From Bacillota bacterium (GTDB lineage: Bacteria > Bacteroidota > Ignavibacteria > Ignavibacteriales > SURF-24), in contig JBLNEL010000329.1 of NCBI GenBank assembly GCA_050262615.1, positions 2,651-66,650 of the forward strand: a stretch of DNA of 64,000 nt, read 5' to 3'. How positions within the stretch are numbered: position 1 is the stretch's first letter; each line of letters opens with the position of its first letter. The translations under genes were made by a program, and so were the position numbers. Positions 54,736 to 62,797 of the stretch are shown piece after piece. Below the pieces are notes generated by a model. That model had not been told where the DNA came from and made no database searches. It saw only the letters and a program-made list of their open reading frames with translations.

Positions 54736-54928
54736 TCCAGTGAAGTAGAAAAGACTAATAGACACGGAATAAATGTACTTACTCAATAATCAAAATATAG
54801 GATCTCACAGATACTTTAAAACAGAAAAAGCTATTCTAGTATGTTCCATTAGTTTTTGCTCTCTAAAACAGCATGCGGTTTTACTAATTAAAAGTCACTA
54901 TTGAGAACTTAAAATCATAAAATATATT

Positions 54929-55942
54929 TTATTTCTTATTATTGCTTATGGGAAAATCTATCCCGGTATTTAGTATTGAAGAGAGGGCTGAATAGGGAAC
55001 CCTTGCAAACCAATAGTCGTCTTCAATGGGGGCAACTTTTCCAGGCCGAAGCACAAACTCGATAAAATAAGGAGTGAGAGTAAAAGTATTCATATCGTTT
55101 TTTTTAATTAAGTTTACCTGATTATTTACAATCCATGAGGCCTTCTGCGGTCTGAGGTCTTTTATGATCTGTTCAGAAAGTATCTTATAGTAATCTGATC
55201 CGGGCTGAAACAGTTCAGATAAACTGATAAGTTTTGGTATGTTGTCAGCAATCTGAAAATTAAGGGAGCGGTAGGAAGTTCCGGGTAAACCGGAAACAGA
55301 ATAATTATCCTCTTTTACAAGCAGGCTTACAAATTTATCTGAATAGCAGCGGATAAGGTAGTCATCCCGGTATTTCCAGCCAAGGAAGATATTTGTTTTA
55401 TTAATAACAAGGCGGTCTTCAGAGGATGAGACAAATTTATTAAGGTTATCCGAGCCGGCATCATTTAAGAAGAGATTTATCTGCTGCCATGCCGGGTCTG
55501 TTGAAATAAACTGTGGAACAAAAGCTTCAGCTTTAATAAAGTCGTCTGTATTTTTCAGAAGAACATATTCAGCAACTTTTTTTATCCTGAAGTTCTGTGT
55601 ATGGTTTTTGCCAATTGAAAGCCATGTGCCAGAGGAGGTTGAGCTAAGGGGGCTGATCTTAAGGTAGATCTGAGCAAGCGTGCTGTCGTTTTTATCTGAG
55701 GCTGATAGTCTGATAGTTCCATTCAGGGGGAATTCGCCCTGAAGGAAAAGCGGATCTGCAGAGGAAGAGTCAAAACTAAGGCTGCCGTTAAGGCTTTCAG
55801 TTCCAATTGTAAGGTCCATTTGGAACCTTAGGCCGTCATCCATCTCACCAGTATAATAACTTCTGAAGCTGCCATCCGGCTGTGCATAAAGCCTGGTAAA
55901 TAGGATTATAAGTATAGAAGCAATTAATCTGACCTTCATCAT
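54929..55942 (-). CDS. Secreted hypothetical protein, C-terminal half DUF4163/DUF3298-like
   Basis: Signal peptide. VPQFISTDPAWQQINLFLND and LISLSELFQPGSDYYKILSEQI...FTLTPYFIEFVL resemble the RsiV/PdaC-type DUF3298 pattern (assignment from memory). Confidence 0.6.
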   Translation of the reverse strand: MMKVRLIASILIILFTRLYAQPDGSFRSYYTGEMDDGLRFQMDLTIGTESLNGSLSFDSSSADPLFLQGEFPLNGTIRLSASDKNDSTLAQIYLKISPLSSTSSGTWLSIGKNHTQNFRIKKVAEYVLLKNTDDFIKAEAFVPQFISTDPAWQQINLFLNDAGSDNLNKFVSSSEDRLVINKTNIFLGWKYRDDYLIRCYSDKFVSLLVKEDNYSVSGLPGTSYRSLNFQIADNIPKLISLSELFQPGSDYYKILSEQIIKDLRPQKASWIVNNQVNLIKKNDMNTFTLTPYFIEFVLRPGKVAPIEDDYWFARVPYSALSSILNTGIDFPISNNKK

Positions 55943-56057
55943 TTTAGAGTGCTCCTGACTATCTGAACTTCTATTAAAATTCTGTTAAATTCCTAAGCTA
56001 CTTACAAGTCACAATTTCTTCTAAATTAAGGCCGGTTACTAAATCAGTATGGGATAA

Positions 56058-57197
56058 TTAAGCGGAATTAAGCAGCACTTCTTTTTCAAGCAGGCCATTC
56101 CGAAGAATATTAAGTACAGCCAGTTCCTCTGCATCGAGTCCGAAAGGTTGTGTATTATCCCTGTTTTCTGAAGCATTTTTAATTTCCTCAAACAAAGTGC
56201 CTTCTGTAAATGAAGTAATAACTTCAGGATGAATATAGTATTTCCTGCAGACCGAGGGAGTGTTATTAAGCGCATGTGAGACAGTCTTAACAGTCTGAAT
56301 GATCTTTTTCTTACTATCGGTTTCAGATTCTGCAGGTCCAAGTCTGTTAAATTCTTTAGCTGCAAGGACAGTTCCGCCCCAAGTACGGAAGTCTTTTGCA
56401 GTAAAGTCCATTCCGATAATTTCCTTCAGGTAATTATTAACATCAGCAGAGCCTACGGACTGAAGATTTCCCTGTTCATCGACATACTGGAAAAGTTTTT
56501 GTCCCGGCAGTTCCTGGCATTGTTTAACAAGCCGGGCCAATCTGCGGTTTTCGACATCGACCTCCCACTGTTTTCCACTTTTACCTTTAAACATGAATTT
56601 AATTTTCGAGCCGGTTACATTTGTATGCTTATTGCGGAGAGTAGTAAGTCCATAAGATCCGTTCTGTTTAGCATATTCGGGGTTACCAATTCTGATCATA
56701 GTTTGTTCAAGAAGGCTGACCAGTATAGCAAGTACTTTTTCGCGGCTGAGGTTATGTTTTTTCAAGTCCTCCTCAACGCGTGCTCTGATAAGAGGGAGAG
56801 ATTCACCGAACTTTATCATTAAGTTAAATTTGTTGGAGTTACTGATCTCCTCCCAGCGGGTGTGATAGATATATTGTTTTCTTCCCTTCTGATCACGCCC
56901 TGTAGCCTGAATATGTCCGTTTGAAGAATTGCAGATCCAAACATTTGTCCATGCAGGAGGAATTATAAGCGATTCAAACCTGGAAAGAAGTTTCTTATCG
57001 GTAACGCGTTCCCCTTTTGAAGAAAGATAAATAAAGCCCTTGCCGTGGCGTCTGCGAGTGCAGCCCTCGTCGCTATCGCAGACATATTCAAGTCCAACGA
57101 CCTCAGCTATCTCCTCGGGCATTGTAACAATAAGGTTGTCAAGTTTTTCATTTATCAGATTTTCAATTTCGTTAATATTCTTAATTTTCTTCTGCAT
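56058..57197 (-). CDS. Bacterial type IB DNA topoisomerase (poxvirus-like)
   Basis: SRFESLIIPPAWTNVWIC, IQATGRDQKGRKQYIYH, FKGKSGKQWEV, FTAKDFRTWGGT, and C-terminal SVCRKYYIHP carrying the catalytic Tyr context. Confidence 0.85.
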   Translation of the reverse strand: MQKKIKNINEIENLINEKLDNLIVTMPEEIAEVVGLEYVCDSDEGCTRRRHGKGFIYLSSKGERVTDKKLLSRFESLIIPPAWTNVWICNSSNGHIQATGRDQKGRKQYIYHTRWEEISNSNKFNLMIKFGESLPLIRARVEEDLKKHNLSREKVLAILVSLLEQTMIRIGNPEYAKQNGSYGLTTLRNKHTNVTGSKIKFMFKGKSGKQWEVDVENRRLARLVKQCQELPGQKLFQYVDEQGNLQSVGSADVNNYLKEIIGMDFTAKDFRTWGGTVLAAKEFNRLGPAESETDSKKKIIQTVKTVSHALNNTPSVCRKYYIHPEVITSFTEGTLFEEIKNASENRDNTQPFGLDAEELAVLNILRNGLLEKEVLLNSA

Positions 57198-57206
57198 AGA
57201 CTGCTT

Positions 57207-57221
57207 TCTCTCTCTCTCTCT
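57207..57221. repeat. (TC)7.5 dinucleotide tract in the topoisomerase IB leader
   Basis: tctctctctctctct sits 10-24 nt upstream of the ATG at 57197 and reads (AG)n on the coding strand. Confidence 0.9.
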
Positions 57222-57459
57222 GTTAAAACGTTTTCTAATCAGAATAGCTTATAAGCAAATGATCTTCTTATCAGGCCATTATCACACTATTAATTACAAC
57301 ACACATATTCCTCCTCAGGTTTCAGAAGGTCTTTAAAGGGGCAGAATCCCGGTACTCTTTTTACAGCTTCTTGATATTATATAAATATACTATTAGCTTT
57401 CTAAAGCTTTTTCGTGCAGTTTTTAGAAGAAAAAATAAACCAGGGAATAATTTTATTTT

Positions 57460-58296
57460 ATGGGCAGCTTTTCAAACTCAAAGTATAACTTTAATGATGC
57501 TGATACGGTTTCAGTAATTGATGAACTTCCGTTATGGTCAGCACCTTTCGGACTGAAGCTTCTGGAGAAAATTAAATTAAAACCAAATCTTGCAGTACTT
57601 GATATTGGCTTCGGTCTTGGATTTCCGGCAATAGAAGCTGCACACAGGCTTGGAAGGACCTGCAGGGTTTATGGCATTGATCCCTGGGAAGCTGCAATAA
57701 AAAGGGCACAGAAGAAGGTCTCTATTTTTGATATGAAGAATATTGAACTGATGAAGGGAGCGGCAGAGAGTATTCCGCTTCCGGATAGATCAATTGACCT
57801 GGTCATATCAAATAATGGTATTAATAATGTAAATGATCTAAGCCAGGTATTCAGGGAGATCAGCAGAGTAGCCAGAAGCGGCGCACAGTTTGTGGCTACA
57901 GTAAACTCAGAAGGAACGATGATCGAGTTTTATAGAATATTCATGCAGGTCTTATCAGATTCCGGTTTAGAGGAAATAATTCCTAAAATAAAAAAGCATA
58001 TTTACGAAAAGCGCCGGCCTAAGGAAGAGTTTGAAAGGCTCCTTGAAGAGAATGGATTCAAAATAGAGAATATATATGAAGATTCATTCAGGTACAGATT
58101 TACCGATGGAACTGCAATGTTTGACTATCCTTTTATTCAGTATGCATTTTTAGAAAGCTGGCTCTCATTAGTCCCGGAGGAAAGAGCCGATGAAATTTTT
58201 AATGAAATAGAAAAAAGGATGAATGAAGTAAGCAGGGTTTCAGGGGAATGGGTGCTTACAATTCCCTTTATGACAATAGATGCAGCAAAGAAATAA
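57460..58296 (+). CDS. Class I SAM-dependent methyltransferase
   Basis: Motif I VLDIGFGLGFPAIEAA, post-I YGIDP, motif II/III DLVISNNGINNV. Confidence 0.85.
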   Translation: MGSFSNSKYNFNDADTVSVIDELPLWSAPFGLKLLEKIKLKPNLAVLDIGFGLGFPAIEAAHRLGRTCRVYGIDPWEAAIKRAQKKVSIFDMKNIELMKGAAESIPLPDRSIDLVISNNGINNVNDLSQVFREISRVARSGAQFVATVNSEGTMIEFYRIFMQVLSDSGLEEIIPKIKKHIYEKRRPKEEFERLLEENGFKIENIYEDSFRYRFTDGTAMFDYPFIQYAFLESWLSLVPEERADEIFNEIEKRMNEVSRVSGEWVLTIPFMTIDAAKK

Positions 58297-58304
58297 AACA
58301 GGTA

Positions 58305-58475
58305 TTGTTCAGACTGAAGACTCCGGGAGAGTTTATTTACACTCCGGGGCTTCCGTTTATTGAAAGCCAGATTGAAAGTCTTAAGAGTTTTGAAATAAAA
58401 AAGTATCCGGTTCCGGTTACAATAAAAGAGATTGAATCAATTTCATATGCAGTAAAAATTAAAAGGCTGCAATAG
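58305..58475 (+). CDS. Doubtful small ORF (56 aa, TTG start) downstream of the methyltransferase
   Basis: The frame is open from inside the methyltransferase gene. The first start codon after the methyltransferase stop is the TTG at 58305. The stop codon is immediately followed by a 9-bp hairpin (gaaagccat/atggctttc, about 58475-58503). No homology recognised. Confidence 0.25.
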   Translation: MFRLKTPGEFIYTPGLPFIESQIESLKSFEIKKYPVPVTIKEIESISYAVKIKRLQ

Positions 58476-58514
58476 AAAGCCATATATATTAATAATGGCT
58501 TTCCTTAAGAAATG

Positions 58515-58565
58515 TATTTCTGAAAGAAGAATATTTCTGAAAATACTATATTTCTGTAAGAACGA
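58515..58565. repeat. 17-bp tandem repeat x3 (tatttctgWaa...)
   Basis: tatttctgaaagaagaa / tatttctgaaaatacta / tatttctgtaagaacga, then a degenerate fourth copy. Confidence 0.8.
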
Positions 58566-58603
58566 TTTCTCTTTAATAAAAAATTATCCAGCTGCAGGAT
58601 AAA

Positions 58604-60967
58604 TTATCTTAATGCAAAATTGCGGAAATGTCTGCATTCGGCTAAAACTTCCTGATAGTATCTGGTATCAGAGTAATCTGATCTTAACTTACCAAAGAGT
58701 GTTCTATACTGCAGCGGTACCCTTTGCTGGTCGACACTTTGGGGTTTATTGTAAAAAGAGTTCAGTTCACATTTAGATGCCATAAACAAGCACTTTGCAG
58801 CAAATTCCCGGTCTTTTGTAAGGCTCATTGCCTTCAGGTAATAATTCTGTGCCTGTGAACAGTCATAGAAGCTATAGTTAAATCCCTCGTAGTATCCCCA
58901 TGGGCTGGATGTTCTTCTAAATGCAGAAGCTATCCAGCTATTGCCGTAGTAGGACTTATTATATAATCCGTTAGCAATCAGAAAGTAATATGCTGCAGCG
59001 TTTGCAGTATCTGTTTTTGCCAGTTGTTCTAATTCCAGCATTCTTTTTGAGAAGCCCAAAATAGTATACCGGTTTATATTTAATGCATTATAGTCGCAGT
59101 CGTGGCAGTCTATTATGTGCACAGCAAAAGGATCAGCAGGCAGTTTTTCGCTCATATCATCGGAATACCTGTCAGAATTATATGTGCCAAGCTTTAAGAC
59201 TGCCTTATCAAATTCTCCTTTTGCGATAAAGCTTTTTGCCTGAATATATTCAAGTTCATGAACGCTATAAGAATAGTTATCTATCAGAAACCTTTCAAAT
59301 TCTGAAAATCTTTTCATATAATCCGAATTGTTTTTATACCAGTCATCCTGCTTAAACTTTTCTGATATGGTTTCGTATATTTTATCAACAGGTTCAAGAT
59401 GGTAGTCTTTTTTTATATCGTAGCCGAAAGCATTATCATGCTCGTTAAAGAAAAATCCATATGTATAATTTTTCTGATCAATACTAATTCCAAGGCAAAG
59501 GTTAGCCTTAAGCTGGTCCCCCTGTTTCCAGTATTTTCTGGCAAGGGTATTCATTATATATATAAGAGCTTCTTTAGCATTAAACCTATTGTCGTTGTTT
59601 AACTCATAAAGCCATTTGATATCGGCTGCCAGGTTATCTTCTGAATTTCTATCAATATTACTTAGGCTGTTTACCTTATTTACTATTTCAGCGGTCTGTA
59701 TGCGTCTTAAAAATGAGAAGTCATCTGCAGGGCAGGATTTTTTTGCTGCAAAGTAAAAAGGTTTTGCATCTTCAGTTCTGTTTATAAGAGTTGCGATATA
59801 TCCTGCTGCAAAGTTCCAGAGGCAGGAGTTTGGGAGTTTATCTGACCCGGCAATTTTCTTTACCACTTCAAAAAGCTCATTGCCTGAAGAAAGCGGAAAG
59901 TCAGGATTATCTTCAAGATAAGACTTCTGGCCGGCCCAGTTAGCCTTAGTAGGAAGAATAAGTCTTTCAAGCCTGGTTATTTCTCTGGAAAGTAAAAGCA
60001 ATGGATATTCAGACTTAGGTGAAAGGCTGAAGACAGGGCTGATAAACTGAATGCTTTTACCGGGGTTCTGATATGCAGCCATTGTATAAATAAGAGCTTT
60101 TTCATTATTGTTTCTGCAGAGCCTAAGAGCTTCATTTACAAGCGAGTCTTCCTGAAGTTCAATGCTTAAGATACTTTGTCTTCTGCGGCTCAGGCAGTTA
60201 TCAAATACACGTGAGAACAAATAATTAGATTCGGCATAGCGCCCAAGGCTTTTCAGAGCTCCTGCCTTATGAGCAAGTGACCAGTACTGAATAAGGCTTA
60301 AGTTATTCTTTTTATCAAAGAACCTGTCGTAGAGTTCAACGGTCTTATCGTACTGCTGTAAATAATGTGAAAGTCTGATTACCTGATAGGCATATCTTTC
60401 CCTTATAAAACTATTTTTTGCTTTCCTTAAGTTTTCGAGGCCCTTGTCGATCAATTCTTTCATAAGCTGAGTGTTGTGGTGTTTTTCCTCCCAGCTATTA
60501 TCGTTTGTAACTTCAGGCTCGCACTGTTTTGTAAACCTAAGGTAGTCAATTATTTCGGAAGAGCGTAAGGTTTTCAGATACCTGACAAATGAATTATCTT
60601 CAAATCCCACGGGAAGTCTGCTGCCAGTTTTAAGATAGCTGCATATCTGCTCTAGTTCTTCAAAGGTGGTCTTATAAATTACTTTTTCGATGTGATCAGC
60701 AGATGGAACATCTTTTAAGAATTTCAGCCAGTCTTTAAGGTTAGCAGTAAGAGACTCCTCTGAACCGTCAAGCTGATCGGCAAATACATTTTCGCTTAAG
60801 AAAAAAGGTTTAAGATCAGGGATCTTATAAAGCGAGTTATCAAAAATAGTATAGTAATCATCAGGAGACAGAGATGGACCACAGCTTTCAGCTTTCTTAA
60901 AAGTCAGCAGAAGAAATGCCGCACTAATTAAAACAGGAAATAATATTTTCAAACTTTGTTTTTTCAT
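58604..60967 (-). CDS. Large secreted hypothetical protein, helical-repeat (TPR-like) rich
   Basis: Clear signal peptide MKKQSLKILFPVLISAAFLLLTF, then KKAESCGPS. 787 aa with no catalytic motif recognised. Confidence 0.7.
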   Translation of the reverse strand: MKKQSLKILFPVLISAAFLLLTFKKAESCGPSLSPDDYYTIFDNSLYKIPDLKPFFLSENVFADQLDGSEESLTANLKDWLKFLKDVPSADHIEKVIYKTTFEELEQICSYLKTGSRLPVGFEDNSFVRYLKTLRSSEIIDYLRFTKQCEPEVTNDNSWEEKHHNTQLMKELIDKGLENLRKAKNSFIRERYAYQVIRLSHYLQQYDKTVELYDRFFDKKNNLSLIQYWSLAHKAGALKSLGRYAESNYLFSRVFDNCLSRRRQSILSIELQEDSLVNEALRLCRNNNEKALIYTMAAYQNPGKSIQFISPVFSLSPKSEYPLLLLSREITRLERLILPTKANWAGQKSYLEDNPDFPLSSGNELFEVVKKIAGSDKLPNSCLWNFAAGYIATLINRTEDAKPFYFAAKKSCPADDFSFLRRIQTAEIVNKVNSLSNIDRNSEDNLAADIKWLYELNNDNRFNAKEALIYIMNTLARKYWKQGDQLKANLCLGISIDQKNYTYGFFFNEHDNAFGYDIKKDYHLEPVDKIYETISEKFKQDDWYKNNSDYMKRFSEFERFLIDNYSYSVHELEYIQAKSFIAKGEFDKAVLKLGTYNSDRYSDDMSEKLPADPFAVHIIDCHDCDYNALNINRYTILGFSKRMLELEQLAKTDTANAAAYYFLIANGLYNKSYYGNSWIASAFRRTSSPWGYYEGFNYSFYDCSQAQNYYLKAMSLTKDREFAAKCLFMASKCELNSFYNKPQSVDQQRVPLQYRTLFGKLRSDYSDTRYYQEVLAECRHFRNFALR

Positions 60968-61964
60968 ATTTCTTTACTACTTCTTTATTAAGATGATAAA
61001 GTGCTAAAGTGAACCTGTTTTCTTTGATATGTTCTGAAATGATCTGAGCAGCCCGTGCAGTAAGATCAGCACTGACGGTTTCAATTTTAATTATATCATT
61101 TTCATAGAAGATATTTCCCCGGATAGCTGTCCGGGTTTTACATTTGAACTGGCCGGAAGAAATCTGAGTGAAATTACCTGTTTGTATTAATTCTTCAGAG
61201 CTCATTTCATTTAAAAGAGCAATAAGTTTTCCATTTCTGAATAATGATCCCCAGCTAAAAGCAGGAAGCACAACATCGAGCTTTAAGGGATACTTATCAA
61301 AATTATAAAGATATTTCTCAGCAGTCTGAGCATCAAAGATTGAATTCCTGGTCCTGATATTTTCAACTGAACCCATATTATAGAACATCAGCATTCCGCG
61401 GTCTGCAGGAGGGATACCTGTTTTAGAAAAATACTTTACCTGATGGAGGCGTATTGTAGCAGAAATCATTTTTCCAGAGGAGAGTTTTTTAACAGATCTA
61501 AGGAGGCTGAAATATTTATCACGAGTCTTATCAGTCCAGTCGCAGTCAAATTGAATTTCATTAAATCTGATATTATAAGATGACAACTTTGAATTAACTT
61601 TATTTATGATCTTTTCAGAAAGAGTATTTATTTCTGAGCAGGAAATATTAATCAGAGTTCTGTTTGTAATAAAGACAGCAGGAATTATTTCTATTCGGCT
61701 GATATTTTTTGAGACAATAGTCACATCGCCAACAGGACAGGCATTTTTCAGGTTTTCATTCCAATCGACATCAAAGACCCTGAGGTAGAGCTTTTTCAGG
61801 TTGTTAGAGTAAATCCACTGTTTTTCCTCATCTGTGAGGTTAAATGTGCTTTTCCAGTGATAAACGGCTGCGGTGACTGAAACATCACGCCTTTTTGAGC
61901 ATGAGAAAGCAGAGAAAGTCAAAAGCAGAATAAGAACAGCTTTCAGGCATGCCTTATCAATCAT
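60924..61964 (-). CDS. Hypothetical lipoprotein, overlaps the downstream gene by 44 nt
   Basis: I prefer the start at 61964 (MIDKACLKAVLILLLTFSAFSCS, lipoprotein-like) over the ORF-track 62066. Conserved-looking IQFDCDWT...YF.LL motif, family unknown. Confidence 0.65.
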   Translation of the reverse strand: MIDKACLKAVLILLLTFSAFSCSKRRDVSVTAAVYHWKSTFNLTDEEKQWIYSNNLKKLYLRVFDVDWNENLKNACPVGDVTIVSKNISRIEIIPAVFITNRTLINISCSEINTLSEKIINKVNSKLSSYNIRFNEIQFDCDWTDKTRDKYFSLLRSVKKLSSGKMISATIRLHQVKYFSKTGIPPADRGMLMFYNMGSVENIRTRNSIFDAQTAEKYLYNFDKYPLKLDVVLPAFSWGSLFRNGKLIALLNEMSSEELIQTGNFTQISSGQFKCKTRTAIRGNIFYENDIIKIETVSADLTARAAQIISEHIKENRFTLALYHLNKEVVKKYEKTKFENIISCFN

Positions 61965-62129
61965 ATGTATTCGGCCTAGGCAGCCCTGATTCAGCAGGTG
62001 TGAGGGGATCTTCAGCTGAAAAAGGAATTTTAATATCATCAGGGATTTATATTTGGTCAGGTTCATTCAGTAAATTTGATTTGAATGACATTATATAAAA
62101 ATTAAACCAGACTATTTCAAGTTTTATTT

Positions 62130-62178
62130 GAATGAAATCACAGGGAGAATGAAATCACAGTACAGGTGAAATCAAAAG
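62130..62178. repeat. Imperfect 17-19-bp tandem repeat x2.7 (gaatgaaatcacag...)
   Basis: gaatgaaatcacaggga / gaatgaaatcacagtacag / gtgaaatcaaaag, in the divergent region upstream of cytochrome c. Confidence 0.7.
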
Positions 62179-62284
62179 CTTATATTTCCTGTTTTCATTA
62201 GTATTGAATGTATAATTCGTTCCCCTTATATTGATAGCCGTAAATAGGAATAATTAATAAAAAATCGATTAAAGGTTAAAATAA

Positions 62285-62701
62285 ATGACAAAAACACAAA
62301 TCTGGGTTGCCGCTTTCTTAGGATTGTTCCTGGTATTATTTGGTATTACATATGTTACAAGAGAAGAAGCACCTGCACCACCTCCCAATATGGGTATGGC
62401 CACAGGTCAGACTCAGCAGGCTAATCAGGACATAAGTGCTGCAGATCTGATAAAATCAAATGGCTGTACAGGCTGTCATGGGCCGGAGCTTAAAGGGACC
62501 AATCTTGCTCCTGCGCTTACAGGTGTAAAAGAAAACTGGAGCAGGGATGAGTTGATAAGTTATCTGAGGAATCCTTCATCTTTTATGGATAAGGATCGAT
62601 TCAAGGCATACAGGCAGAAATATAATTCTATGATGCCGCCGTTTAATCATCTGGATATTAAAAATCTGGGTAAGATTGCAGATCATCTTATGACACTATA
62701 G
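62285..62701 (+). CDS. Membrane-anchored monohaem class I cytochrome c
   Basis: N-terminal TM helix, haem-binding CTGCH, and a distal Met region (YNSMMPPF). Confidence 0.85.
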   Translation: MTKTQIWVAAFLGLFLVLFGITYVTREEAPAPPPNMGMATGQTQQANQDISAADLIKSNGCTGCHGPELKGTNLAPALTGVKENWSRDELISYLRNPSSFMDKDRFKAYRQKYNSMMPPFNHLDIKNLGKIADHLMTL

Positions 62702-62712
62702 GCATACTTTAC

Positions 62713-62765
62713 TACCCTCTCTTTTACTCTGCCTTAGAAAATAAGCCGGGTAAAAAGAGAGGGTA
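62713..62765. terminator. Bidirectional terminator between cytochrome c and hslU
   Basis: taccctctcttttac / gtaaaaagagagggta (15-bp stem with one bulge), followed by aaaaag on one side and preceded by ttt on the other. Confidence 0.7.
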
Positions 62766-62797
62766 AAAAGAAACTATGTTTTTATAGAAGGTTAATC

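Noticed and set aside
55621-55640. TGGCAC-N5-TTTCA match on the minus strand (and similar TGGCAC hits at about 27367 and 38385)
   Set aside because: They lie inside coding sequences with the -12 GC missing or mis-spaced. They are most likely chance occurrences.
1494-62178. Whether any of the tandem arrays is a CRISPR array
   Set aside because: The units are directly contiguous with no unique spacers, they are only 14-24 bp long with 2-6 copies, and no cas genes are present.
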